Assembly: GCA_965112155.1 (NCBI GenBank)
Contig: OZ218099.1
Length of the DNA: 64,000 nucleotides
Reading direction: 5' to 3' (one strand)
From: Podarcis liolepis
Lineage: Eukaryota
The translations under genes and the position numbers were made by a program. Below the pieces are notes generated by a model. That model ran no database searches, had not been told where the DNA came from, and worked only from the letters and a program-made list of their open reading frames with translations. Shown piece by piece: positions 39,243 through 52,391 of this stretch (positions are counted from its first letter, which is position 1; each line of letters opens with the position of its first letter).

Positions 39243-40826
39243 GTAAGTACAAGGGTGGAGGGGGGCTCTCTTTGTGACTTCCTCGACAGTTTGTGGGTCT
39301 TCTAAACATTACCTTCATTTTTTATTATTACAAAACTTGTTTCTGGTGCATAATATGGTGCTAGGTATAGATATAATGTTGGTTATAGTTAAGATAGGGT
39401 GAACGTTTTACAAGTGGAAAGTACAGTTCATTGAGTGTCCTTCTACATGCTCCCATCAGTCCCAGCCAGAATTGTGGTCCATTACCATCTACCACATCAG
39501 TCATCCTTGCTGTGGAACATTTTGAGGGCTGCCTCAGAAGCTCAATAATTGCCATTATTGGTTCATAGTTGTTTATTTCTATAGTGTTTAAAATGTTTAA
39601 AAATGCTTGAAAACTGCTCTACTCATTGCAGCTCCATTGGTCATCAGATGTAATGGGTGATGCATATCCTCCATGGAAATAATTTGGAGCTAGAAAGTGT
39701 GTAGTTATGGCAAATGAACTTCAGTAGACGCCAAAGCGAGATGAAGTTTGTGTTACAGCTTCCATGGAAAAATCAGGCTTTCTGGAAAAACTTACTGAAG
39801 TGTAAGGATTTATGCAATAACCCAACTTAGCTTCATTATACTGTGAGATTTTTGTTGAAGGTCTTGTTTGCTCAAATATCAAGATTTAATCTTTTAGTCA
39901 ATGGCATTTCAGCAGTTTAACAAAGAATAAACGTGCACAAAATTGTGATTTAAAAATAATAATAGTAGAGCATGCCTCAGAAGACAAATCAATCTCCCAG
40001 CATGCCTAGGAAGTAAACTAAAATGGGAGAGCAATTCTTGCTTCTTGTTTTTAGAATGTTCTGGTTCATGGCTTGATGGTTCTGCAGGGTTTTTTTGGCT
40101 TATTGAGTCATAGGACAAGTTGCAAGTGTGACTGCAGTTGGTTGAAAATGTTTTACTTCCTGCTCCTTCATTTTTGTGTTGAAAGAACTGCAGTATCTGC
40201 CGCAGTGTCTGTTGCACATAATAACTGCAGTAGAAATTGAGGATTACGTCAGGGGCAATAAAAAGGTAAATTAAGCTGCATGTTAGGAAGAAACTTTCTT
40301 CTTTTTTTAATGAGTCGTAGTGAAGGAAAGAGATGAGGCAACCTGCTACTACTTCCCGCTCACTTCTTAGCAAAAGCCTGCTAAAAGCACCTGGTATAAT
40401 GCCAGGAACTATTAATCCAAAGCACAGTGCCTTATTTTTTCATTCTTCCTTCTGGTAAGTGCACTCTAGACATATCTGAGAAATTACAAGCAGTAAGATG
40501 AGACATGCTCTCTTGGTTCACTTTCTAGACCCAAATTGTCAAATATGGTAGAGGCTCCTGTGTTGAAAATGCCTGGACAATGACTGCTCTTTATAGTTCT
40601 AAAATATTCCTATCTCTGAAGTATCTTCTCTGTTTCTTCTTTACCTGGATTCCTTGCTATTAACTTGGTTGCCCCAAACAGCATAGTGACTGAGACTTTG
40701 AAAAGCTGTTCAGCTGATTTCTGTGGTACATTGTGTCTTGTAGAATGCTGGGGAACAGCATATTTTTTGAAGGATCCATGAAGTTGGCTATTAGGATTTC
40801 AGGAGTCTTTGGGCAAAGAAGACATA

Positions 40827-41009
40827 CTGTATTTACTTGAGTCTAATGCACCATCAAATCTAACGCACAGCTCTATTTTCAGAACATTGAAATCTAAAAA
40901 ATGAATTTGCTGCCGAATGTAAATTTGCCATCGAATGCCCACCTTAATTTTCGCAACGTACCAGTAATTTGGCCAAAAAGGGGGGAAAATTAGATTTGAG
41001 TAAATACGG
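40827..41009. mobile_element. Tc1/mariner (Tc2/pogo-like) MITE
   Basis: TA|ctgtatttacttgagtctaa...ttagatttgagtaaatacgg|TA inverted termini. Confidence 0.75.
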
Positions 41010-41094
41010 TAATTGTTTAGAGGGAAATCTCCAGACAGAAGGGAATAGCATAAGATCTTCATTCTTTACTACAGCTTGCTGCCTTTGTTCACAG

Positions 41095-41259
41095 TTGATC
41101 ATGTTGTTCCTGAGCCCGAGTCCAGCCTCATAGAAGCATATGAGAAGTGGCGAGAGTGGGGTGATGGGAAGGCTTGCTGTGACTACTCCCTGAATGTGGA
41201 CATTACCCACTGGAATGATAGTGTCAAACAAGAAGTGCAAACACTTATCAAAGAAAAAG
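41095..41259 (+). CDS. DPYSL3: DPYSL3 exon 4
   Basis: cag|TT GAT CAT; DHVVPEPESSL...CCDYSLNVDITHWND...KEK; G|gttcgt; 165 nt. Confidence 0.96.
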
Positions 41260-41899
41260 GTTCGTCAATGCCAGAGGCCAATCCCTTGTCTTCCCACATT
41301 CTAATTGTATGTTAGAATATATAGTGCACGATTCTGTGCTGAGATTTGTTGGGTCCAACCACAGTTTTCTTACTATCTCCTTTGAGTGATATTAATTGTT
41401 CCCCAGTTGTATGATAAGTAACTCTTGATTCTATGTGATAATTATCTTAGTGTAGAAAATGGCTTACAAATCATAGTACTGATGTTATTTGGTATTGCAA
41501 TACCAATACCAAATGGTTCAATCTCTTTTTGCATGCTTTCTTCCAGGCTACTAAATCAGTGTGATCCTGAAAGTGTCCTCTCATCTTTGTTAGATTTCTA
41601 TAAGCAGCACTCCAAAAGGTGCCCACATGCCCAATAAATATTTTCCCTTTTCTTAAGCTTTTGACTACATTTAAGATTCAACAGAGCTTTGGCTAGATAA
41701 CTTCAATGTTTCAGAGAATCAACTAACAGGACAATAAACAGAAAATTTCCTTTTGCTGCTGGCTCTTGCCAAAGATTCCCATTCCATTATGTGTGAGTAA
41801 TTCCTCACATGACTAGTGGAGTACCGATTTAGAATGACGTGAAGTAGAGAATAAAATCTTATTTGCCAACTTTTCTTCTTATATAATCTTTTGCTTTAG

Positions 41900-41961
41900 G
41901 TGTTAACTCTTTCATGGTTTACATGGCCTATAAGGATTTGTACCAGATGTCAAATACAGAG
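41900..41961 (+). CDS. DPYSL3: DPYSL3 exon 5 (GVNSFMVYMAYKDLYQMSNTE)
   Basis: tag|GT ... GAG|gtaaga; 62 nt. Confidence 0.96.
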
Positions 41962-42434
41962 GTAAGAACTAAGCTGTTCAACTGTGCTGTATGCATTGCT
42001 TATCAGCCTTTTAAAAGGGTTAATAATGTGTTTTAATTTGTGATTTTGAGCCTTCTTGGTGGCCTCATGTAGGACTAAATGCTAGGACAGAAATTAACTT
42101 ACCAGTAAAAATGTCCATCATTGATTTGTGACAACTACAATCTAATACAAATACCGCTCCTCCCCATTTTTTTTATGAGGGCTACACAGTGTCTCACAAG
42201 ACATCTAATTAAGAGGCAACAACACATGTAAGTGCAGCCAGAATTTATAGGCTTCAGCCAGTAGTCCTTTAGTGTGGACGTCTAGTTCCTTCTCCTGAGC
42301 TCTTTGGTAGCCCTTTCGAAGTCCAGTGCTAATAACAATAAATAAAGAAATAAAATCTCTGCTAATCAGAAACATGAAAATGTTGAACCACATGTTTTCT
42401 AATGTTGGCTTTCTTGTTAATTTCTCTTTTTCAG

Positions 42435-42515
42435 TTGTATGAGATATTTAGTTTTTTGGGAGATCTTGGCGCAGTAGCTCAAGTTCATGCTGAAAATGGA
42501 GATATCGTTGCACAG
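42435..42515 (+). CDS. DPYSL3: DPYSL3 exon 6 (LYEIFSFLGDLGAVAQVHAENGDIVAQ)
   Basis: cag|TTG ... CAG|gtgatg; 81 nt. Confidence 0.96.
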
Positions 42516-43181
42516 GTGATGTTGTTGTATCTTCTCTTTGACCAAAGCACATATTGTAAGCAGAAATAATGTATGTATACTAGTGTAAAACATGACACAT
42601 TGTACAAATGTATTCTGAGAGAGCCAGGTGGGTCCTTAGATCCCAATCAGGTAGAGATTGTAAATGCCTGACTTAAGTTTCTGTCCTTCAACTGGAAATT
42701 CTAACCAATTAAGTAGGATTATGTTGTCTGAATACTGTATAGTTTGTCTTATGTCTTCTGATTAATCAGCAGAACTGGTAATGTACCAAAATTCTGAGAC
42801 TTACAGTAGTTGTGTGCAAGCATATTATCCAGATGTACCTGGGTTTTGCAGATATTTATCACTGGCTTTAAATCTTGATTTCAGCACTATAGTTCTACTA
42901 TAGTGTTTTGTTCCAAAAATCGTTTTGTAAATGCTAGCTTATGTAAAAGCTTAATAAGTTTTTAAAAAACTATAATAAGCTGTCAGCCAAGGCTATATAA
43001 CATTTAACTACAGTCATTCCTGTATTAGGATTGGTTAACCACAGTAATCCTAGCTCTGGTAACCACACCTTTAGACTTTGCTCTATGCAACATATTCAGA
43101 TGACTGTAATGTATTCAGATTTACTCCTTAATAAAAATTCTTAAATCTGTTTCTTAACTTCATTCTGTTTATATTCTTTAG

Positions 43182-43250
43182 GAGCAAGCTAGGATGCTGG
43201 AGATGGGAATAACTGGCCCAGAGGGCCATGTACTTAGTAGGCCAGAAGAG
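43182..43250 (+). CDS. DPYSL3: DPYSL3 exon 7 (EQARMLEMGITGPEGHVLSRPEE)
   Basis: tag|GAG ... GAG|gtaaga; 69 nt. Confidence 0.96.
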
Positions 43251-46200
43251 GTAAGATGTCACTGATGAATCAACAAACACCCTTCGGACAGATTGTTGCT
43301 GCTGCACACTCAATTTTGCAGTAGATGGTTTAAGTTCCCAGGGCTAACATGAACCAGTGCAGTTCCAAAAGCAACCCACAAGTCCTGCCTGGGCGAACTG
43401 GGCATTCCATAGCACATTCCTGCAGCTTTGCTTTTTATAGTCTTGAGAAACAAGACAGTGGAAATTAGGGTAATTAAAAGCACTCTCTAGTGGTGCATCT
43501 GCATGGTAAAATAATTGTCTAGAAATTTGCCAGTATCTAATTTCTGCTTACAGCTAATATTAGCATCCAGGTTCTTTATTATTTGGCCTATTAATCCACA
43601 TTTTAGTTTAAGGCTGAATTTTATACTATCACTTGTGGTAATGAGGGTTGTTTTTTTGACAGAGTAAACACCCTTCATACATTCCTAGCGCTATAGTCAG
43701 GGCTGGCCATGGTAATTCTGCAGCACTAAGAGCAAAGGAAATTACTATGTTTAAATAGGTATAACTTTATACCCATAGGGAGCAGGAGTGGTAGGAGCAT
43801 TACATTTGCACATAATACTTTCATTACTATAATTGTTCTAAAATAGGAAGGTCAGTGTACGTTAAATGCTAACATGCTTCTACAGCTGGCTTTGGAATAA
43901 GGTATCTTCCATTCATCTTGGTAGGTAGGGTGTAACACATTTTCCCTGCTTACTATATTTTTGTGGTTGGTTTTGAGGATTTTTGAGAAAAAGGACAGGA
44001 ATTCTGAAACTTATGTAAGTTGTTTGCCCAGGCAGCTGTCCCGAGTCTCTCTCTATAGTGCTGCTGCTGTTCTAAGGTCGCTGGACTTCATGGACAGTCT
44101 CTTTACTCCTGACTCAGAACTGTCTTGTGGGGAGGATGATGTGTTAACCACACATATGGTTTCCTTAGCACACATCCTGATGGCACATGTGGTATGGTTT
44201 TTGGACCGCAAGCCTCAGTCATTACCGAATAGTTGCAGCCATGTGGAAAACACACCACTTTGGTTATCTGGAATGTTGCACAAAACAGCCATTCAAAAAT
44301 ATGTTATTTGGGATTCCTTTAAATTTCTAGGATAAAGCTACTCCATAATTCAGGGAAATCTGAACATGTCTGGGGTATAATTGAGATTCCGTGTGTTGTA
44401 GATTGGTGGGGAGCAAGTTGGCTGTCCTGGGGCTGCAATTCCCCATCACCCTGATGAAGATCTTAATTGCCTATTTCCTCTAGACTTAAAGCTGAGAAGC
44501 TACATATCTAAAGCATGCTTCCTTTAAGCATACAAGACTGCGCCATACTACTGTACAAAGTTCCACATTGTTTTTGTATTTGGATGTTAATTTGTTTTTC
44601 AAATTTGTAAGCAAATACCTTGTTGAGCACAACACCAGTCTCCTTCCTTGGTGTTGTGCTCTCTCTCCAGGAAAGCAACAGTGCACATACACAGCAGCTG
44701 CAGCACTCTTCCGTCTTCCTCCAGCTGGCTGGTCAAGTGTGTAATAAAAGGCATGTCTTAAATCACTTGCTATGAAGTTTTCTCTCTCTTCATTTTCAGC
44801 AGAATTAGTTCATAAATAATCACCTGCTATATAACAAAATGCTTAAATATTCTCAGGCTGGCTCATAACAGTGAAATAATACATTCAGAACATATATTGC
44901 AACAATATTTTGCAAATAGTTCAGTTTTTATCCCTGTGGGCAGCAAGTGATTTTTGAAGGTTGCTCATAGCTGCCTTCACCTGTGGAACAGGGAAATTGT
45001 GGTTTGGAAATATTTCAAACTTATCTTTGCTTGGAGGTTATTTATGTTTTGCATTTACTGGTGCTTCTCATAAACATCCTTGTGCTGAATTTCCAGCATC
45101 CCAGCTGTATAGCAGTTAGGTCTCAAATAACATTAGATATTCAGATTCTAGGGGGGGGGGCGGTGCACGTAAGTATGTAACTCTTGGCAAGTCCCTTTAC
45201 AATGCTGACAGATGGAATTTAAATCATTTCCTCAGCAATTGGCAAGACAGCCAATTGTATATTCTTAAGTAAGACAGCCCTAAGAATTGTATTCACATAT
45301 TCTTGACACTTTGTTAGAGAAGAAATTGTTTCAGCATAGGCAGATGGTTGAGTGAACAACTTTTCAAACTTTGATTCCTTGGTTCTTTTACAAGCTTGCC
45401 TAAAGTTGAACCTCTACTTACCACAGCCTCTTCTTACAGTATATGGTTTGTTTCAGGACACTCTTTTATTTTTTCCTTTCCTTTTTAAAATATCAGTATT
45501 TAAGCTGTTGGCAGTCAGAAGGTATTTTAGATTATGTCAGGCTGAACAGTGAATGATGTAATGCTCCAAAGATATCTTACTTGCTGAAGTGTTGAAAGTT
45601 ATAACAGCAAGCAAGATATGAAAATTACAGGCTTCTGATGTCATGGGAGGCAGCAGGGGCCAATAGGAAGGGAAAACAGTCATCATAATTGGGTTGGAAC
45701 TGCATCCTAAACAAATAACCAGCAGAAAACCATCCTCTTTTCCAGTACAGCCATTGTTAAGTAACAAAATAGACTCAGGCTGCATGCCTTATTCAGTAAA
45801 TAAGCTAAAGCTTTAGTTCAAGATCAGTTTTAATCAGTGAGGGTTAAACTTGAGGACTGAGAGATAGGGAGATGAGGAGAAGAGAGAAATTGTTGTAATT
45901 GTGGGTTGTACATATAATAAGAATGAAACTGGCAAATTTTGGGTTTGTAGCTCACAGTTCTATGGCTCAGGTGGTTTGATTGGCTCTGCAAGAAATGCAT
46001 GCTGTTGCTTTTAGAACAGCTGCTAATATATACTCAATGTTAACTGTTAATAAAAATGATACACAATTTTATCACCACTAACAAATTAGTGAACTCCATT
46101 TTTTCCTTTTTGCTGCTGCTTTGGGACCATTCATAGCCTAAACAGTCTCTCTGTGAATTATTATATTCATTTCTATCCTGCCTTTCCTCCAGACTGGTAC

Positions 46201-46779
46201 CCATGGTGGCTTCTGGATAAAAATATAAAAACACAAGATAAATTATTCCTCCTCCTTTCCCCCTGTTAAGTAACTGACTGCTGTATGGAGCACATCTCTC
46301 TATTTAGCAAACACCGGTTTCATTTACTAAATGGGTTCAATGGGGGGATACAGGGTTAATGCACAAGCTAAGCTTAGACATAATAGCCTCACATAGCAGG
46401 TTGTGTTAGCTTTCATCTTTCAAGGCCCAAAACTGCTACTGTGCATGATTTGCAATGTTTTCTATTGCAAAATGCATGAACTACTGTGAATGAAGGAGTC
46501 TTTGGAGAGAGAGAGGACAGTTGTGCAAGAAACACCCATCACACATAAAATAGAAAGTTGATACTGTGTTGGGTAGACTTTGGAAAGGTTAGTGAGGGAA
46601 GCATTTTAGAATTTAATGCTTCTGCTTTGTTCAGGATTTGAGGATCATTCTTTTGTTGCTGTTCCAAACTTTCTTAAGGGAATGGAAAGGTCATGCTTTG
46701 AAGTGGAATATATTGTGTCATGCAAAGTTACTGAACTCCTTTGCTGTTTTCTGAGCTCACAGCCCCTTCTCTGTTTCAG

Positions 46780-46900
46780 CTGGAGGCTGAAGCTGTCTTC
46801 CGTGCAATCACCATTGCCAGCCAGACCAACTGCCCCTTATATGTGACCAAAGTGATGAGCAAGAGTGCTGCTGACCTGATTTCACAGGCCAGAAAAAAAG
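46780..46900 (+). CDS. DPYSL3: DPYSL3 exon 8
   Basis: cag|CTG; [40 protein letters not shown]; G|gtgagc; 121 nt. Confidence 0.97.
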
Positions 46901-47734
46901 GTGAGCAGCTGCATCTTTGTTACCTTACTTACAAGGCTTGCTAGAATGGCTGTAGCCTCTGAATGACTTTAAAAAAGGAAATCAATATAAAAACAACTAG
47001 AATAAGGGTAATCATCTTGTGGACTACAACTCCCAGCAGCCCCAGCCAAAATGGGAGGGCCACATATTAAGCGCTCTTGAACCAGAAGAACAAAAACCAA
47101 TAGCACAGAAGCAGCCAATTAAAAGAATACAAAAACATAACTGAAATAGACCAAGGGCCACAAAGCTTCCCCTAAAGAAGGTTTTCATGATCCTCCTGAA
47201 AAGGAGTAAGCATGGTGGGCAGTGAATTCACTTGGAAGAGGATCCTGCCATCAAGGAGGCCTGCTTATTTTAGCCTTCTTACATCAGAAGATGAGGCTCT
47301 TTATCAGCTATACCTTTAACACTGTCCTTCAAAGGGGTCAGTGCTTTGTTCCGTTCTTCAGATAATTCCTTTTGAAATTTATCCAAGATTCCCTTTGCCA
47401 GCTCAGTGTCTTCTGTACATAGTCTGTGTTTTTTGGCACCATCGTGGGTCCGTCTTCAACGTCATCAGAACCCATCTATTGAGTCAGTTTATGATGTTAA
47501 AATGAATCTTCAGAGTCCGTTCTTTCACTCATTGTGATATATCCTTCTCAGGGTCAGTGTTAAATCTAAATAGTTTTAGGATTTGGGGTACATTTAATCT
47601 GTTATTTCATCTGGCTGAGGAGGAAAGAGCTGCTCAGCTTGCCATCTTTATCAGTGATGTCACTGCTCCCCTTGGACTAGTTGACAGGATATTTGAACCT
47701 TGATTTACCAAGTCCTAGTCTGACACTCCTTTAA

Positions 47735-47850
47735 GGAACCCTGGGTTTAGAGCTTTAAAGGCAGTCTGATTTGTCCTTGAAAGACCGGAAGTCGATGTAG
47801 TTCTTTAAGCATAGGTGATATATGCGGTCTGCAGCAGGTTCTAATTATGG
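47735..47850 (-). mobile_element. L2 ORF2 fragment
   Basis: Reverse strand translates HISPMLKELHRLPV (L2 HITP.L..LHWLPV motif). Confidence 0.55.
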
Positions 47851-48006
47851 CTGCCATATTCTAGAGCTAAACTAACTGAGGATGGCACTAATTTTATAAA
47901 TGTGTACTTCTGCCAACAGAAGCAGCTGCAGGCCTAGCTCCCCCTCTCCCCTTCTGTAAAATGTATTGTCCTTGCCCTAAATCTCTGTTGTTATTTTCAC
48001 CATCAG

Positions 48007-48163
48007 GTAATGTAGTGTTTGGCGAGCCAATTGCAGCCAGTCTTGGAACAGATGGAACACACTATTGGAGCAAAAACTGGGCAAAAGCTGCTGCATTTGT
48101 GACCTCCCCTCCGCTGAGTCCAGATCCAACAACCCCTGATTACATCAACTCCTTACTGGCCAG
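48007..48163 (+). CDS. DPYSL3: DPYSL3 exon 9
   Basis: cag|GT AAT; [52 protein letters not shown]; AG|gttggt; 157 nt. Confidence 0.97.
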
Positions 48164-48558
48164 GTTGGTTATAGCGAGAAAGGGAAATACTCTCTCTTGC
48201 AACCAGTCCTATGGAAAATGAATAGTAAGATGATGTTTAGAGCTAACATAAACAGGAAAGTAGTGAACTGCACCCACTCAACTGGGGACTTTCCAGATTC
48301 TGTTTATATTGCCTTGTTCATTTGGAGCATTCTGAGGTGTTGCTATTGCAAGTGCACATTTGCATCTGGAATAGCTCATAAGACAGCTTCAAACTGAGGA
48401 CAGCGGTGATGCTGAAAAAGAAGGGATATTTACTAAAAAAATTAGACATATAGAAAAACAAAAGAAGTGGGTCATTTAGCACTGGGGGGTAGTTAGCTGA
48501 ACTGCATGTTGGCACAGACCTGGATTAGTGAGCACCCAGAAACTAGAAATAAGGTTTG

Positions 48559-48626
48559 ATGTTTGGAAACAGTGAGGTATATCTCAGATTTCATGTTTGG
48601 AAATAGTGAGGTGCATCTCAGATTTC
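48559..48626. repeat. 34-bp tandem duplication
   Basis: atgtttggaaa(c/t)agtgaggt(at/gc)atctcagatttc twice. Confidence 0.85.
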
Positions 48627-50311
48627 AAATTGTATCCGTTGACTGGCGGCTTGAAGAGAAGACTGAATAAACTAGGTGTGAGTTGTATTAAAACTGACCA
48701 ACATGGAAAAAAATATTTCATAACACATATGAAGTGGCCAAGTCCTGGAAAAAAGGAACCATGCCTGCTTTTCTTAAACTCTCTGCTCAATATTCTTTTG
48801 GCTATAGTCTTTAGGAGGATTGCATGCCTGTTAGTTAGCTAGTTTTTAGCAGAACAAATCTGACTGACACAAATCTCTCTGTGTAGTAAAGCAGACATAT
48901 GGCACCAAATTATTAAGAGGAGATGGAGATTATCATTGGATTAGGACTTGTGTTCTGAAGCCCAGACTGAGGCCACGAGGCTCAGAGACTCTTTGAATCA
49001 GAAAATCAGACACAGGGTCCATCTGGAAGGCAAACAATCTCTATAGTTTCCTTTTTTAGTGTTTAGACAAGGCTTTAAGCCCCCCCCTTTTTTTTCTTAA
49101 TTACCGTGCATCCTTTCAGCTAAGTCCCCGGCAGCTAGCAGACGCCAGGAAGCAGGAAGTTTCCATGGAACTCTTTGCATAGTCTTTGGTATGATTGTTA
49201 GGCTATGACCATTGTTTGTTGCTGCCCTCTAGAGCCACAAGCAGATAAATATAATGGATGAAAGCAAATGACTTAGTGTCTTTAGACACTACATGAACTT
49301 TGAAACAATTTTAAGTTAATAGGTTATGCTAAAAGCTTGTTTCATACAGTGGTTGAAATACTTTGGATTATGTGGGTCAAGGTTTTGTTACATTGCAGGA
49401 AAGGGTAGAATAGAAACAATGTAGCAATTCTATCATAGACGAAATCTGGATGCCTTTCCAGTAAAAGATTCTAGGTGTGGCTAAAGTAATAAAGTCTTTA
49501 CCTTTACCAAGAAATAGACAAACCAAGAAGCAGATGCTTTAGGCAGCCAACCAGTTTTATTTCTCTCTCCTTCACATAACATTTTGACAGTATGTCGTTG
49601 AAGATTTCACTGCTAGTGGGCAATCTCTTGTGACTCCAGTATCTAATTTTCACACTGAGAGCTGGTTCTAATCATATGCTGTTCTAAAAAAAATCCTGCT
49701 CACATACATTGTACCCCCCTGAGCATTATAATGTGGAACCTGTGAACTCCTGCAAGATCATGGCTCTCCTTCCATGAAAATGAAAAACACTTTCTGGTTT
49801 CACAGGAACTGTGGATTCATCTTAACACTGTTCATGTGAATAGACTTGCATCAGCAGACTTTCTTTAAAGCACAGTGTTGGCACTGATCTGTTGTCTGAC
49901 TCAGTTGTCTGCAATCAAATCAATCTGGTGCTAGCTGCAATAATTTTTTTGCTTCATTTTTCAAGAGCAAATAAATCTTCAGCTGAAAAAGGTTCTTGAA
50001 TAGGTTTAGGTTTACAATGATCAGTAAACAGGACTGTCTCTGTCTTAGGCTTACAATCTAAAAGGCATGACACAAAAGGAAAACAGATGTGGGAGGAGGA
50101 GGGAAAAAGCAATATTGGGCATTGCTACTTAGTCACAACGTTCTTTTATACATTACTTTTCTAGTTCACATTTATGCTAATTACAGTTCTGTGCCCTCAT
50201 TTTTGTTGCTGCTGTCGTTACAGAGAGTGGAAACTTTCAGTAAACTACTTGGAGATAAAAGCATTCTTGTATGACTGAACTAATACATTTTGTTGCTTGT
50301 CTCTGAGCTAG

Positions 50312-50453
50312 TGGTGACCTCCAAGTCTCAGGAAGTGCACACTGTACATTCAGTACAGCGCAGAAAGCAATTGGAAAAGACAACTTCACAGCAATCCCAG
50401 AGGGGACCAATGGTATTGAGGAACGGATGTCTGTTATTTGGGACAAAGCAGTG
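50312..50453 (+). CDS. DPYSL3: DPYSL3 exon 10
   Basis: tag|T GGT GAC; [47 protein letters not shown]; GTG|gtaaga; 142 nt. Confidence 0.96.
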
Positions 50454-50489
50454 GTAAGAGAAGAGGATGGGGAGGTGGGGATTGATATT

Positions 50490-50880
50490 ACTTGTATTAT
50501 TTATTCAGTGTATTAGTTGCTTGCCTCACAGAAGTCTTGAAGTGACATAAAAATTAAGGAGCATAAAGTATAACGTAAAATCATAATAAAGAACTATACA
50601 TTACCATCAGAGCCGTACAGTAACTTATAAAACAGAACCAATAAAACAGCAGCAGAAAAATACCATAGACAGCTATGTCATAATCCATCAAATATATTGG
50701 CACCATGTGGACCTTAGTGTGAAAGCATTCCAAAGCAGGTAGCCACAAATGAAAAGACCCTGTCCCTCATCACCACCCTTCAAATCTCCTTCAGAGGGGG
50801 GGACCTGGAGGAACACCTCAGATGACAGATCAAAGGGTCTGTGGAGGTTCTTATTGGGAGAAACGCTCCAGAATATATTG
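50490..50880 (-). mobile_element. L2-clade LINE 3' fragment (old)
   Basis: gcattccaaagcaggtagccacaaatgaaaagaccctg resembles the other minus-strand L2 copies. Confidence 0.5.
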
Positions 50881-51009
50881 GTTGTGCATTTAAGGTGAAT
50901 CTGCTTAATGACCTGCTCTTTTAATAATACTAGTTTTATCCAGAATAAAGGAAACTGAATTATTCAGCTATTGGAAATGAAAACTTCCCTTTGTAACCCG
51001 TATAGCCCC

Positions 51010-51350
51010 TGTTTAAAACAGCTGCATGGTTGTCAGCTTGTTTCTGAGCCCAATTCAAGGTGCTCACATTAATGTTTAAAACCTTATATGACATATGCCC
51101 CAATTATCTGAGATTGCCTCCTTCCTTACAGACCCTCTGGGTATTAAGACTGGCAGAGAGGACCCTCTTGGTAGTTCCACTACCTAGTGGTGGCCCAGGT
51201 GAGGGCATTCTCTGTGGCAGCTCCTAGGCTGTGGAATTCCTTCCCCACAAAGGGGCATCTGACACCTTCATTATATGGTTTCCGATGTACTCTGAAGATG
51301 CAGCTCTTTATCTTGGCATTTGATATCTGAGATTTGTATTTTTGGGACCT
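51010..51350 (+). mobile_element. L2 ORF2 3' fragment
   Basis: LHG...AQFKVL..MFKTLY and RAFSVAAPRLWNS motifs. Confidence 0.7.
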
Positions 51351-51417
51351 TCTTTATTCCTGTGACTGTAACTTGTTTTACTTGCCTTATCTTTCTTTTA
51401 TGATTCATACCCAAAAG

Positions 51418-51588
51418 GCTACGGGGAAAATGGATGAGAACCAGTTTGTGGCTGTGACAAGCACCAATGCTGCCAAGATCTTCAACATGTACCCAAGAAA
51501 GGGCAGAATTGCTGTTGGATCAGACAGTGACCTTGTCATATGGGATCCCGATGCAGTGAAAATTGTATCTGCTAAAAGCCACCAATCA
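51418..51588 (+). CDS. DPYSL3: DPYSL3 exon 11
   Basis: aag|GCT; [57 protein letters not shown]; TCA|gtaagt; 171 nt. Confidence 0.96.
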
Positions 51589-51616
51589 GTAAGTCTTTTG
51601 CTGGTCAGTAAGTCTT

Positions 51617-51655
51617 TTAACTTCACAAACTGACATGGTCAGTTTGTGAAGTTAA
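51617..51655. repeat. Perfect 18-bp inverted repeat with 3-nt loop
   Basis: ttaacttcacaaactgac-atg-gtcagtttgtgaagttaa. Confidence 0.95.
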
Positions 51656-52121
51656 GCACAGGAATATAGGAACCTGAGCCCTGGACAGCTTTGTCCTCTC
51701 TTCATTCTGGGTTGCTCTTTTCTGCTTCAGTCTGCCTTAGCCCACCCACATCCTCACAGAAATGAAGTAGCAAACAAAAATGAAATGTATTTCCTTATTT
51801 TTAAAAAAGATGTTTAGGCTATAGGGCCAAAGCATTCATCTCTTGAGGGCAAAAAGTTTTGGTCCTGAATGCTTGTGTGTTTTCAGACCTTAGGAGGAAT
51901 GCAATGCAGTGCTAATATCATTTAGTTAGCACAAGCATTTCAGCTTGCCAGACAGAATGATCCCCCACCTGCTGTTCTTGGGTTTCATAGAGTGTATCTT
52001 TTTTTTTTTTTCTTTTTAAAAATTTATATACCGCCCTATACCCATACGTCTCAGGGTGGTTCACAGGATAAAATAGAATACAAAACCGCAAAATACATAA
52101 TCACATCAACAAGAACTCAAT

Positions 52122-52153
<32 letters not shown>

Positions 52154-52391
52154 TTTTAAAAGGGCATAGGGTGTCAGTCAACCCAGCTAAAAACAGTTAA
52201 AATAATTTTAAAAGATATTTTTTTTAAAACACAATTTAAAAGCAATTTAAAATAAGAAGCAGTACTCTGCTGGTCAGCAGCCAGGTGGCTAGAGGCAGGG
52301 GTAGGCCCGCAGGGTAGAGGGTTAGACTTGGCACTGGTTTAGGTGGGCTGGTGGCTTGATGCATAATGAGTCTGACTCCAATGTGTTGTAG

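Noticed and set aside
44450-44475. CTGATGAAG as a hammerhead start
   Set aside because: No stem II or GAAA follows.
47310-47590. Minus-strand coiled-coil-like peptide (ELAKGILDKFQKELSEERNKAL)
   Set aside because: Frame-broken; probably an L1 ORF1 remnant but not supportable without a search.
48001-48012. cag|gtaatg as a recursive splice site at exon 9
   Set aside because: Explained by coding Gly-Asn-Val; the intron is short, unlike typical recursive-splicing introns.
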